From: Octopus bimaculoides
Lineage: Eukaryota
NCBI RefSeq assembly: GCF_001194135.2
Contig: NC_068991.1
Location: 49,938,526-50,002,525, forward strand
Direction: 5' to 3'
Length of the DNA stretch: 64,000 nucleotides
A program made the position numbers and the translations under genes. The notes under the pieces were generated by a model, which was not told where the DNA came from, did no database searches, and saw only the letters and a list, made by a program, of their open reading frames with translations. This document shows, piece after piece, positions 25,956 through 39,348 of the stretch. Numbering within the stretch: position 1 is the stretch's first letter; every line of letters begins with the position of its first letter.

Positions 25956-26315
25956 AGGCACAGGCATAGCTGTGTGGTAAGAGGCTTGCTCCCCAACCAC
26001 AGTGTTCCAGGCTCAGTCCCATTGCAAGGCACCTTGGACAAGTGTCTACTAAAGCCTCAGGCTGACCAAAGCCTTATGAGTGGAATTGGTACATGGAAAC
26101 TGAAAGAAGCTCATATGTGTGTGTGTGTCTCACACCACTGCTTGACAACCAGTGTTTGGTGTTTACATCTTCGTAACTGAGCAGTTTAGCAAGAAATACC
26201 TAGAATAAGTAGCAGGTTTTTAAAAAAAAGTTGTGAGGTTAATTCATTTGACTAAAGCTCTTCAAGGCGGTGCCCCAGCATGGCCACAGTCTAATGACTG
26301 AAACCAATAGAAAAT
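25956..26315 (+). mobile_element. tRNA-derived SINE, family A
   Basis: Collinear with 38896-39348. Confidence 0.85.
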
Positions 26316-27233
26316 TAAAACACAGATATTAACAGACATTAAAAATCAAGCAATGCTTGTGCCTGAAGGACTTTTTTAATGAGAAAAGGCCTTGCACAAG
26401 TTCAGTCCCACTTCGAACTATGTATTCATTTTCCCTAAAAGAACTAGTCTACAGAATTGGATGTTGTAGGTTCTATATTAGTGTTTTCCTTCTAGTGAAA
26501 TGTCTAAAGATTTGTTGGATGACCATCGACTCTACTGAGTTCATACATACTTTCACATTTTGTTTTACTTCTTGCAGGGTAACTGATGAAAACCACTCCT
26601 CTTATCAAGCAAACTTGGCAAGGTTGTTAATTTACTAACTGATGGCCCAACTATGCAACAGGATGCACTCAGTTACATGTTACTAATAGCACAAAAAAAA
26701 TGACCTGACATATAAATATAGATATACATATAAATACACACACACATAGTTTATAGAAAAACCAAGATGAAGACAGGTGTAGGAACAACAAGCAAGTGTT
26801 TTAGTTTGACGCTCAGGAAAAATGGAAAAGTATTTTCCTTTTCAAGCATACACTCTTTGACAGAAAGGAATAAGAGGAAATAGAGAGCGAGAATGAAAAA
26901 AAATGTGTTGAGTTCAATGGTTTAACATGACAGTACATATGTGTGTTTATCTTTCACAAATACAATAAGAGATCCAAATATTTTTTAGAGATATTTGATT
27001 ATATACAAGTACTTATAGAATATTTTTTTTAAAATATACACAGTAACCCTGCTCTTTTTATAATGTCTTATATATGTTTATCTGTGTGTGTGTATATGTT
27101 TACAAAATTCTTAATGTGAAACTTAAAACATTCTAATTTAGAACAGTCATTTAGCCAATAAAATTATATAAAGAGTAAGCAACCATCCCAATGAAGAACA
27201 CACACACTAAAGCATGTATATAAATAATTATGA

Positions 27234-27284
<51 letters not shown>

Positions 27285-28061
27285 GGTGAGAGTTAAATAC
27301 ACTGATGAATTTATATGCATTAACTCTATACACATATCTATATCTCTTAGTGTGTGTGTGTGTACATGTGAGTGGTGGATGTATATGTTTTCATTTTCCT
27401 ACTTTATTTGCACATATGTGTGGGCATGTATGTATGTGTACATAAGTGTATGTATGTGTGTATACATGTATGATGGGTGTGTATAGGAACGTGTATGGAC
27501 TAGTAATGGTTCATGACAATATTTTGCCCACAAAAAAAATCCCTCGATACAAAATCCTCTAATATCAGATTTTGGTTCAAATCATTTCACCCCCAGTCAA
27601 CTGATAAACTCCGTTTTAATAATTTCTTTCCCACATGCTTTTGTCTTTTTTTTTTTTTTTTGCTCCTTTGGCAACCAATTTCCTAATGATATACACAACC
27701 AGAGACATTTCTTGCCTAGGTATGCTTGTACATATATTATCATGTGTATGCCTTTGTATTAGTGAGCATGCATGCGTAGATATTTAAACATCAGTACTGG
27801 TTGTAAATTTTGATTTAAAACAAATTCTCAGTGTTGTATGACTTGAGTGACATGAGATTTCTCAAACAACTAGAGAAGGATGTAATCACCTGACCCTAAA
27901 AGCAGAGACAATGATTGGCTATCCAGTACTAGACAGCCATACAAAAACAAAATAAACTAATGTATCAAATATTTTATATCACTGGAGATAAAGAAATAAA
28001 GATACTTCCATTCTCAGATTCATTTCTTCTATCATTATTGATATAACACACACGCACGCAA

Positions 28062-28065
<4 letters not shown>

Positions 28066-28151
<86 letters not shown>

Positions 28152-28179
28152 AGAGAGAGAGAGAAAGAGAGAGAGAGAA

Positions 28180-28218
<39 letters not shown>
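28066..28218. repeat. (GA)n microsatellite; other long tracts at 24803-24893 (TA/TACA), 27234-27281 (CA), 30277-30331, 37859-37912 (TA), 36819-36850 (A) and 46867-47077 (CA/GA)
   Basis: Directly visible. Confidence 0.95.
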
Positions 28219-28220
<2 letters not shown>

Positions 28221-28569
28221 TAGAGAGGACACAAACACATTAATCAAAGTATATAGTATTATAGATTCATTTCAGCCAATCTTACCAATTGGTTTAGTAC
28301 AAGGTGGTTACCTAAATATGTGATTTTCAGAAATGGCAGGAATGGGGAAAATGTAGTGACTTGTTTGTGGCTACTGTAAAAAAAAAAAAAGAGGAAACAA
28401 AGTCGCAGGGGACAATTGAATGAGGGAATTATCAAGAGTTATGTCCCTTAGCCTGTACAAAACCCAAGTAAACTGAAGCAGCACGAGTTTGGTAGTTGAA
28501 AATATGATTGGGTAAGAAGTTGGTACATATGCATGGGTTGAAGGGGACTGAACAGGTATCTGAACCTCT

Positions 28570-28642
28570 TATGTTTAGGCACATATGCATAAGTGTTAAT
28601 GTGTTAATATGTTTAGGTACATATGCATAAGTGTTGATGTGT
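28570..28642. repeat. Tandem duplication, 38-bp period
   Basis: TATGTTTAGG(C/T)ACATATGCATAAGTGTT(A/G)ATGTGT occurs twice. Confidence 0.85.
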
Positions 28643-28859
28643 GTATGGTTTGATTACAGACTTTGCTGGGTTCTCAGGATGTTATGGTGAAAGGACTGAT
28701 GGTAGAGAATCTAATGATTATAATAATGATGGCACCTATAGGTAAGATATACCTACTCATTTCTGCAGTTTAGGAAGATGTACAGGTGATAAGTTTTTAA
28801 CAATTCTTTTCGTGGTTTAACATAATCTGCATTTTCTGCTGCTATTAAAATGTTACAAT

Positions 28860-29115
28860 CTGTGATGTTTTCCTTTAACAATCAGACATGTCTAGCCAGA
28901 GCTGTGACATTGTGTCTTATGGATACTAAAGGAAGACTTATGGTTGTTGAATCTGGTCCTGAGAGGACACACTTCCACACATTTGACTGCCCATTGCAGC
29001 CCTTTAACATTACTTCTACCTCGTACATGACTGTCTCCATGTAGCATTGGCCATTAAAGGACATGGAGTTGTCCCTGCATGAGCATCCTGGCCTCAGGTG
29101 TGGGCATACTTACTA
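28860..29115 (-). mobile_element. Penelope-like GIY-YIG endonuclease remnant (different subfamily)
   Basis: CSCRDNSMSFNGQCYMETVMYEVEV, RFNNHKSSF and NVTALARHV*LLKEN (cf. CPLNG.CL...VVY.A.V, RYNNHKSSF, T.LSK.IW.LKE). Confidence 0.75.
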
Positions 29116-29394
29116 GGATTTTCTTTACACAAGGTGCACAGCTAAAAAGGAACATTTAAGGTGTGTCTAATAAAAACTGGCTTCTGTTGAGACCTTGAAC
29201 CCTCGAGAATTCCTAGCATAGATGGGATCCTTCCCCCCCCCCCAACACACACACCNNNNNNNNNNNNNNNNNNNNNNNNNNNNNNNNNNNNNNNNNACAC
29301 ACCCCCACCCCCACCCCCACACACACACTTTATTTTGGTTGGAATAGAATCTTTCTCCTGTGGGTACACAGGTCCTTCAGGCAAGTTATAAATG

Positions 29395-29650
29395 CACAGG
29401 CATGGCTGTGTTAAGCTTACTTTGCAACACCATAGCTTTGGGTTCAATCCCACAGCCCAGCATCTTGGGCAAGTGTGCCCTACGTCAACTTATGCCTTGT
29501 GGCTAAATTTCGTCAATGAAAGCTGTGAAAGCCTCATATGTGTGTGTGTGTTTTTCAACTGTGTGACAACTGGTAATCGGTTTGTTTACATCCCAGTAAC
29601 TTAGTAGCTTGTTGAAAGACTGAAAGAATAAGTACCAGACATAGAAAACA
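29395..29650 (+). mobile_element. SINE family A, partial
   Basis: CAGGCATGGCTGTG...GGGTTCAATCCC...CTTGGGCAAGTGTG...GAATAAGTACCAG. Confidence 0.7.
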
Positions 29651-29873
29651 GTGCTGTAGGAGTGTACGCAGCACATGTACTACAGCAGTACTATGCGGAG
29701 CTTAAATATTGAGATTAAATGCAGAAGCAAATTATGCCTGCCTAATCTACAAAAGAATTAAATATTTTGCTTTTTATGCATAATAATCAGAGTTACCTTC
29801 ATAATTTATTGAACTAGGTACATATTTTTCCATAAAAGGAAAATGTTGCTATTGATCTATTTTATTTAAGGTT

Positions 29874-30183
29874 GTTGTTGTTGGCACTCCGTCGCTTACA
29901 ACGTCGAGGGTTCCAGTTGATCCGATCAACGGAGCGGCCTGCTCGTGAAATTAACGTGCAAGTGGCTGAGCATTCCACAGACACGTGTACCCTTAATGTA
30001 GTTCTCAGGGATATTCAGCGTGACACAATGTGACAAGGCTGACCCTTTGAATTACAGGCACAACAGAAACAGGAAGTAAGAGTGAGAGAAAGTTGTGGTG
30101 AAAGAGTACAGCAGGGTTCGCCACCATCCCCTGCCGGAGCCTCATGGAGCTTTAGGTGTTTTCGCTCAATAAACACTCACAAC
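29874..30183 (-). mobile_element. SINE family C body and tail (head falls in the N gap)
   Basis: TTGGCACTCCGTCGCTTACAACGTCGAGGGTTCCAGTTGATCCGATCAACGG... recurs at ~46750-46860 and ~52690-52870. Confidence 0.8.
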
Positions 30184-30272
30184 NNNNNNNNNNNNNNNNN
30201 NNNNNNNNNNNNNNNNNNNNNNNNNNNNNNNNNNNNNNNNNNNNNNNNNNNNNNNNNNNNNNGCATGTCCTT

Positions 30273-30319
<47 letters not shown>

Positions 30320-30994
30320 AGAGAGAGAGAGATAAGAAAAATTCAAATATTTGGCAAAGAATTCTGAAGTACAAATATTTTCAATTGCTTTAGCATACAA
30401 ACATAGGTTTCCTGTAAGAACATTCATTCTTCCTATTTCTTCTTCGCAAAGCTGGATACTCTTCCTACTACTAAACATGCATCCATGAAGTGGGAGGTGG
30501 GGACAGTTGTCAACTGGCAAACTTCAGAAAATAGAGTTATATGAAAACTGTTGCCCTTATAACTGTATTCCTCATTTTGTGATGATCACAGCAATGCAAC
30601 ACTTTAAATCTGACCACTTTTGTGTCTTCATGATGTGTATGTTATTTCCTAAACAACAACAAAAACATACAAATGTATAATTATCAAGTTAATTTTGAAA
30701 TTTTAACATTTCATCATATAAGAAATGCTTGCCTAGATAACGATAATAATTATCATTCAACAGCGATATTTATAAGAAAGACGTCAGTGTGTAGTAATTC
30801 TACTAATTTGATGATTTTTATCAAATGACATCATTAAACATATAAATCTTTTAAATGATAGCAATAAATAGAGTGTGATCAGATAAAGAGTGAATAAAAA
30901 AATATATGCCAAATGAAATTTATTTTAATCAAATTAGTAAAATATTGGACAACATCCAAGTTAAACTGTTAGTGCAAGTGGCACTCTAGTTAAC

Positions 30995-31350
30995 TTTTAC
31001 TTGTTTCAGTCATTAGATTGTGTCCATACTGGGGCACCACCTTGAAGAATTTTTAGTTGAATGTATTTTTAAGTCAGGTACTTATTCTATCAGTCTCTTA
31101 TCAAACTGCTAAGTTACAGGGATATAAACACACCAACACAGGTTGTCTAGGTGAGGGTGGGGAATATATACACATGCATACACACACATAAACAGGCTTC
31201 TTTCAGTTTCCACCAACTAAATCCATTCACAAGGCTTTAGTCGAACCAAGGCTGTAGTAGAAGACACTTGCCCAAGGTGCCACACAGTGGGACTGAACCC
31301 AGAACCATGTGATTGGGAAGCAAGCTTCTTACTATACTGTCGTCCCTGTG
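30995..31350 (-). mobile_element. tRNA-derived SINE, family A (diverged)
   Basis: Collinear with 17155-17530. Confidence 0.8.
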
Positions 31351-32089
31351 TCTTCACACAGCCACGAAATAATTTCAATACTTCGTTAACTAAACATAAG
31401 TCTCATAGAAAAGAAATTAACTTTCAATAAAAGAAAACTAATTTCAATTAGAGACAAGAAAAGTTATTAAAATCTGAAAGGGTTGATAAGTTGTTTCAGG
31501 CTACAACAAGAAAAGTCAGTATCTGAGAGACATCTATACAATTAAAAAAATATGACCTATTTTATCTTGTCCATGTTATTGTAGACATTTGATTTTGAAC
31601 TGTCACCATCAGGGAACTTGTAAAAATAACAACTGACAGTTTACAAATGCCACAACAAGTTCTTTAAAAGATTAGCAGCAGTATTAGAAACCTTTCTCAT
31701 TTAACCCTTTCACTTTCATACCAGCAATGATGTTAAATAAGTTGTTGCATTCCTATAAAAATGTTGAAACTAAAAAAGATGTGATCATTTGTGATTTAAT
31801 CAAATTTTTCTTCAATCAGTGGTAATGTTTCATCAAGGCAGTCTGCCTCTCAATAAATTCAGTTGTATGTTGTATATTTTAATGGTAAAAAAGGGTAATT
31901 TCATAATAAAATTAAATTGAATTAAGTTTTGGTATATTACTGGTTACTCATCACATTTTCATGGAGATGAAAGTCGAAGCTCACTCCAGGAGGATTTGAA
32001 CTCAAATACTAGTGTTGAAATGAAAAACATTTAATGACATTCTAAACTTTCTATTATAACAAATTCAGCTTAAAATAAAGGATGCAGTC

Positions 32090-33655
32090 AGTAAGGTGAG
32101 AGTTGGCAATGAGTATAGCGATGAATTCAGGGTACAAGTAGGGGTTCACCAAGGATCAATCCTCAGCCCCTTTCTGTTCATTATAGTCCCCCAGGCAATA
32201 ACAGAGAAATTAAAGATGGGCTGCCCTTGGAAGCTCCTCTAAACCGATCTTGTTTTTATAGCTGAATCACTACCAGAACTAGAAGAAATTTCAGGTCTAG
32301 AATCGAAGAGCCTTAGAGTTAACCTAACAAAAACCAAAGTCTTAGTAAGTAGGAAAGGTGACAAATCACAAATCCTTTCAGGTAGATAGCCCTGCTTGAT
32401 CTGTAGGAAAGGCATAGGTAGAAATTCCATAAAATGTACCTGGTGCAAGCTATGGACACATACGAGATGCAGCAATATCAGAGGTAGGTTAACTGGGAAA
32501 ATAGATTTTGTGTGGAAGGTGCACAGGTACAATAAATACTAGAAATGTACAGAAAATAGACTGTCAAATGCCAGTAGGGTAAGCTAAAGGTACTTGATAG
32601 CTTCTGTTAGCTAGGTGACCAAGTGAGTAGTGAAGGTAGATGCTCAGAGTGTAGCTGCATAAATAAGAATCGGCTGGGCAAAGTTCAGAGAGCTCCTACC
32701 TCTGCTGGCAACAGAGGGCCTCTCCCTCAGAGTGAAAGGCAAACTGTTTGATGCTTCTGTGTGAACAGCTATGCTACACAGTCGTGAAACATAGGCTGTG
32801 ACTGCTGAGGACATGCATAGGCTTGAAAGAAATGAAGCTAGCATGCTTTGCTGGATTGCAGTGTCAGTGTGTATGTACAACCGAGTGTAAATGGCTTGAG
32901 AGAAAAGTTGGGCATCAGATGTAGTGTGCAAGAGAGACAACTGTGCTGGTATGGTTATGTGATGCGTATGGATGAGGATAGCTGCGTAAAGAAGTACCAG
33001 CCTCTAACTGTGAAGGGAACCTGTGGAAGAGATAGACCCAGGAAGACATGGGATGAGGTGGTGCAGCATGATCTTCGAGCATTGGGCTTCACAGAGGCAA
33101 TAACAAGTGACCAAGACTTTTGGCAATATGCCATGCTCGAGAAGACCCATCAAACCAAGTGAAATCATAGTTATGGCTGATGCTGGTGTCATGTAACTGG
33201 CATCCATGCCAGTGGCATATAAAAACCATCTTTCAAGCATTGGATCTCACAGAGAAAATCTGGCTTATGCCAGTGTCACGTAACTATCACCTGTGCCAGT
33301 GTAGCACAACGAACACTTGTGCCAGCGACATGTAAAAAGCACTTTTGAGCGTTCAGCCTTACACAAGCAATGACAAATGACCAAAACCTTCGGCAATATG
33401 CCACGCTCAAGTAGAAAACCCATCAAACCATTGTAGCTGAAATTGTACTGGTGTCATGTAACTGGCACTCATGCTAGTTACACAGAAAAGCACCCATTAC
33501 ACTGTTGGAGTGGTTGGTGTTAGGAAGGGTATCCAGTCGTAGAAACCATACCAAATCAGACTGGAATATGGTCCAGTCCCTCAACCTGCCAACCCTGGTT
33601 AAACCATCCAACCCTTGCCAGCATAGACAACAGACATTAAACGTTGATAATTGAT
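32090..33655 (+). mobile_element. 5'-truncated, degenerate RTE-clade LINE: RT C-terminal half plus 3' UTR/tail
   Basis: Translates to KVRVGNEYSDEFRVQVGVHQGSILSPFLF and QLCWYGYVMRMDEDSCVKK...GRDRPRKTWDEVV. It has frameshifts and stops, and ends in a degenerate GAT tail. Confidence 0.9.
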
Positions 33656-36600
33656 GAAAGAAGAATATAGGAAATTGTGTCAATAATTGGAAGTGAATGA
33701 ACAATTTTATAGAATAAAGTACTTAACAAATAAAATGCTTGGATTAAAAATAAACCAAACTGGTTCTGTAAAAATAAATTCCAAGAGAACAAAAATGTTC
33801 AAATATACTCATTAAAAAACTGGCAAAATATATCCCAAGTGTATTTGTTTGTAATATATATATTAACACCCACCCCTGCCCCCGAAAGAATAAGCTCTAG
33901 TTCAATCATATGGAAACAAATTTTTGTTGACTAGGCACAAGGCCAAATATTGTTGGGTTGAGAATAGTTGAAAGATTGGCTCCCCGCATAGAACTAGAAC
34001 ATACATTTTCTTCTCCAAATTAACATTAATTCTCAAGGTAAGACTTTTCTTCCCTGAATCATTTGTATGTTTATCCCTCTTCAGTACAGATGGGTGTGCG
34101 TGCGTGCGTGTGTGCGCGCGCGTGCATACACACAATATATCTTTAACACTCTTGTATATATGGGTGTGTGTGTGTGTATGCATGCAAATGATGTAATACC
34201 TAACTATGATATATAACAAGCAGCTGTAAATAAATGGAATAAATATCTATTCTCTCACCTCACTTCTCTTATCTGTTCTATTTATAACGTGTGCGTGTGT
34301 GCGTGCGTAGATGTGTGGTAAGAAGATTGCTTCACAACCACATGGTTTTAAGTTCAATTTCACTGCATGGCACTTTGGCCAAGTGTCTTCCACTATAGTC
34401 CCAGGACAACCAAAGCCTTGCAAATGGATTTGGCAGAAAGAAACAGGAAGAATCCTATTGGTGTTGGGGGGAGTTTACAGTCTTTTTGACATTGTGTGAT
34501 GTCTGGTAGTGGGGAAATATTAGCTTGCCTGGAAATACATGATGGTTGGCAACAGGGAGGGCATACACCTCAAAGAAATTCTGTCAGCCCCATGCCAGAA
34601 AGGAAAAGTGAACATTAAACCAATGATTGCTATATATATATATATATATATAAAATCTAAGAACAGATGAACCTAATGTAGGCTTTGTTAAAGCATATCT
34701 CTAGAAAGTCATTCTGATATAAAACCAGATACACAGGGAACAGAACTGAACATTTTGGGGAACTTTCGCTTACACTTGAGATCATGGTGCTTCCACATTC
34801 CTAGCCTGCAACCCAGATTGGTACTGGGTATATTGCCCTGGTTTGCCTCTGGATCATATCAGAGTGGAGAGTGTTTGTGAAGTCCAGTGCAAGCCTTACT
34901 GGACCTAAAATTTTTAGACAGTGCTGTAGCAAGCATGGAAGCCACAGACAAGCACCCAGGTGAAGCTGACTGCTGGTGTAATAACCTCATGCATGGGTAT
35001 TACAGGCATTTTGCATGAGCAATGATCAGTTATGGTCTTCCTCAGTCAGAGGTAAACAGCCATCATACAGTAAATTATCATAGTGCAGCTGAGAGAAATT
35101 ATTCATACACCCTTGACAAACAAATCCAGACATGGTCTAACTAGATCTCTAGAAAACCAAGTTCACCAAGCTAAGACTAGAATATATTCAAAGCTATCAT
35201 ATAGCTTATCCAAAATAATTAAATGTATCATATGTCACTAAACAAATACTGTCTTTTTTTCATAATTATATTTTCTAATAACCTCGTTTAAATGCTTACT
35301 GCATTAAATATGTTCATACTCAGTTTAACATTCAACACTGACTAGTCTATTGATGCCGCTCAGTCCATCCATCCATTTACTTTCAGTGTAAGCCAGTCAG
35401 TATCATCAGTCTTTCACTATCTTGACTGATTTCAGTTTTTGCAGCAATAGGGTACAGAATGAAATGTGTAACAAAATATTACAAGAAAAAAAAAAAAACA
35501 CCTCTATCAAAGCATTTCTGTAAAATGAAACATTCACATGTTTAACACACACAAGGACCATTATTTTATGTGGTAATTATAAAACAGTTTTAAAAGTGAC
35601 AATGTTTCAAACAAACACACAATACATGACTAAAAATGATAGATTTACAGTCACTTCATTCCAAAAGAAAGAAAAAAAACTATTACAGGACAATAAAAAT
35701 GGCGAGACTATCAAAATAATTGATTGGTGTAACACTAAAGTGAAGATATAGTAAAAATCTATATCATCTCGCAAATCTCTTGAAATAGCATTAACTAAAT
35801 GACAACTGAAAAATTTGTTTACATGTTGGTACTAAGATAAAAAAAACTAAATTTGATAACATTTTGTTGCATTGTTTTCAAATTTGATGTATTTCTGAAC
35901 TATAGATAAATATGGCTCTGAGTCATCCAAAAAATCAAGTCCAGCAGTTATGAATGTTACAAAGAGATAAACAGTAATACTAAATCTTGTATATTTTACT
36001 TGTTAATGGAGAATAGGTCATCCAGGATGGAGGGAGTGGGGATACAAGCTTGTAGAGAATTATAGACACACAGGTAAGAATAACTTAAAACATAATATTT
36101 AGTTATATTAATCCCTTTTGATACCAACCAGCCCAAGATTGCCCTCACTTCTATGCTACAAACTATCTATATAAAATGATCTAAATTAAATTGGCAAGGA
36201 ATTTTAATGAGAAATTTTATGTTCCAATTAACAGCTTAGTAATGACCAAGCATCACCTTCATACTACAAAGTTACTCAAAAAAACACAATATATCATCTG
36301 GTTCAGAAATGTACACACACACACACATAAAGCTGAAAAGTGAAGAGAACAACATTCTACAAGTCAGCAGTGAACTCCACAGGAAACACTCTTTTCCAGA
36401 CAACCTCCCATATAATCTCAAAACAGATGGACTAACATACCTCAAAAGACAACATGGAGGTGAAGTGCTCAGCATACCAAAAAGACTATATATGGGTAAG
36501 TTTCCCAAACACTTGAAGTGATACCCACATGTGACATGAAGTGCAGACTCTTTTGGGTTCACGACCACTACATCACATCATACTTTGAAGATTACGCATT

Positions 36601-36765
36601 TGCAATCCAAAAACAGGAGATTGCTATGAAATACTTAGTAATCAAAAGAGACGGTGAAACACTTTGGAGCTGCAAGATGCAACCAAAAATGTAGATTGTC
36701 GTATTTCTGTGAAAGACATCACATGCTTAACACCTTAACAGCTGCCCAAAAATTTCATCAAGTTA

Positions 36766-36815
36766 CTACTTCCCTATGTAACATGACAATGTTACTGAAA
36801 GAATATATGATGTCA

Positions 36816-36816
<1 letters not shown>
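36766..36816 (-). CDS. Candidate terminal coding exon (MTSYILSVTLSCYIGK* if phase 0) followed by a UTR-like stretch
   Basis: Acceptor formed by a (T)~32 tract followed by AG. Downstream non-repetitive sequence runs to ~35500. Confidence 0.3.
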
Positions 36817-36853
<37 letters not shown>

Positions 36854-37639
36854 ATCCTGGAATACAGAGAATACCCCCACCCCATCCATTAATAAAAACA
36901 AACATACATAAATATTACAAGGATTTTTGGTGGAAAATTCCCATCGAAACTGTCAAATGTAAATGGGCCTGAGATTGTAACATAATTTGTAAGTGGAACA
37001 GTAAAAATGTGCAAGACTTTTTACAAGTTTAAAATGTGAATTTGTTTTTGTTATCTAGATGCCAATGATGGAGCTTTATATCTTGGTTAGAAACTAGCTC
37101 TTTTTTTTACAAGAAAACTTCAAATAATTAAAAACATAAGAGACACACACATTTACATGCATTTATATACATATACACACATACAGGCACCTATACACAC
37201 ATCTATATATGTGTACATACACAAATATATACCCATGTATACACACACTCTTGCATATACAAACACATACATTTCATATTCACACATACACACACACACC
37301 TGCGTGTGGTGTGTGTAACTGCTGTATTTTGGTGGAGAAATCCTTTTGCTACCTTTTAAGAATAGTGTAGTTGTGGAAATAGGAAAATACCCTCGAAGTC
37401 CCAGTGTTGTCTTTAATAAAAGACCATAGCTGTAAATATATTGTCTGTGAAAATAAAATGGCTGATAATACCTGGAATACCTTTGATCACAAGTCTGTTT
37501 AATCAGGCTGACTACAGGCTAAATTACATGTCAGGATAAGGTTAGGATTAATGTTCAAACTTAAAAACAAAAAATATTGACAGCTCTTCTAATTTCTGAC
37601 CACATAATCACTACAATTATTCAAACAAAATATCCTTAC

Positions 37640-37744
37640 CTTATGAGGGTCATGTTCCTGTGATAAAAAAACCTTTAAAGATGATCTTACACACTCCAGA
37701 GCTGAAGCAGCACTAAAAAAACTGTTTGCTTTACAACAGCTATA
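37640..37744 (-). CDS. Candidate coding exon, phase 0-0, 105 nt: YSCCKANSFFSAASALECVRSSLKVFLSQEHDPHK
   Basis: Strong donor AAG|GTAAGG and a moderate acceptor ATTATCTAG|. The frame is open. Confidence 0.45.
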
Positions 37745-37857
37745 CTAGATAATCTTTTAATGAGATATGAAGATTAAATTTTTTTTTATCATGATAGACA
37801 GATGGCCAGAGAAAGGCAGATGGAAACATGGATTTTCAGGTAGGTAGGTAGGTAGGT

Positions 37858-37919
<62 letters not shown>

Positions 37920-38895
37920 TGCATAGGTAAGGCAGCATTTAAAGATGCTTTATATGTGAAAACCTAACAGTTATATGTGCAATTTGTTACATAAATAAGA
38001 ATTCTAGTTACAACAATGAGGTTAAAGCTTCAATTAATGAAAGATCACTAATTAATGATGTGGAAGCCTAACTGTCAAATAGTGTGGTAGCTTGTCTGTC
38101 AGGAGTGAGAAATAGGTTGGGGTAGATTAAAGCATCTTTTGTCCCAGACAGAATAAAAATTCAGTTCGCTCAATGTTAGACTTCTTCACATATTAAGACA
38201 CTTCATAGACACAAAGATATCATTAGACGTATCAAAATAATTATATCCTAACACCTGCTAAACATGAGCAAACTATTATGACCAAGATCCTAGCAATCAC
38301 ATTTCTTCAACATAGAGAAGCCAACATCAAAGACTGGCCCTCTTTTTTAAAGTCAGAAAATAAATAAGCTGCCATCCTTTATATAAGTAAACCACAACAA
38401 AACTCAAATGAATACCACCCCCTCATGAAACAGTGTTGTAGCTGTTGCTACATACTAGACTATATCCAAAACAAAGTCACTTGAGTGATTGAAATGAAAT
38501 TGCTCATCACTCCAACCTCTGACTCACAGATGTTATATCTTTACCTTACCTTTTCTACAGGAACTACAATGGCTTCTGTTCCTTGGAACTGGTTGGTTCC
38601 ATGCCATTTTCATTTAGGCACTCACAACTCACTCATCTCCTTATCCATATTGTGTCCCATCATAGTCACCTTCCCTAACTACTATTTATCCAGTCTTTCA
38701 ATCCTAAAAAGTCACTCCTCTTGAATTTGCTCCTTGTTCATGTTTTTCCTGTAACCAACAACTTGTGACTATTCAAGTAAAACATTAACCACATTGTGCT
38801 TTCTCAGCAGGAAAACAACACTGACTTGTAGAGAAGTCCATCCTGGCAAACAGGAGTATTTAAAAGCACTGGTTTCTTTATGGTTAGAAGTTAAA

Positions 38896-39066
38896 GACAT
38901 GGGAGTGGCTGTGTGGTAAGTAGCTTGCTTACGAACCACATGGTTCCGGGTTCAGTCCCACTGCGTGGCACCTTGGGCAAGTGTCTTGTATTATAGCCTC
39001 AGGCCGACCAAAGCCTTGTGAGTGGATTGAGTAGACAGAAACTGAAAGAAGCTTGTTGTATATATG

Positions 39067-39099
<33 letters not shown>

Positions 39100-39348
39100 T
39101 TGTGCATCTGTGTTTGTCATATGTATATATATATATATATATGTGCGTGTGTGTGTGTGTGTTTGTCTCCCAACATCGCTTGACAACCGATGGTGGTGTG
39201 TTTACGTCCCCGTAACTTAGCAGTTTGGCAAAAGAGACCGATAGAATAAGTACTAGGCTTCCAAAGAATAAGTCCTGGGGTCAATTTGCTCGACTAAAGG
39301 TGGTGCTCCAGCATGGCCACAGTTAAATGACTGAAACAAGTAAAAGAG
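38896..39348 (+). mobile_element. Full-length tRNA-derived SINE, family A
   Basis: GGAGTGGCTGTGTGGTAAG...GGGTTCAGTCCCACTGCGTGGCACCTTGGGCAAGTGTC...GACTGAAACAAGTAAAAGAG. Confidence 0.9.

Noticed and set aside
38896-38970. tRNA-like A/B boxes here and at 10779, 17460-17530 and 25956
   Set aside because: They are SINE heads continuing into SINE bodies; no complete cloverleaf.
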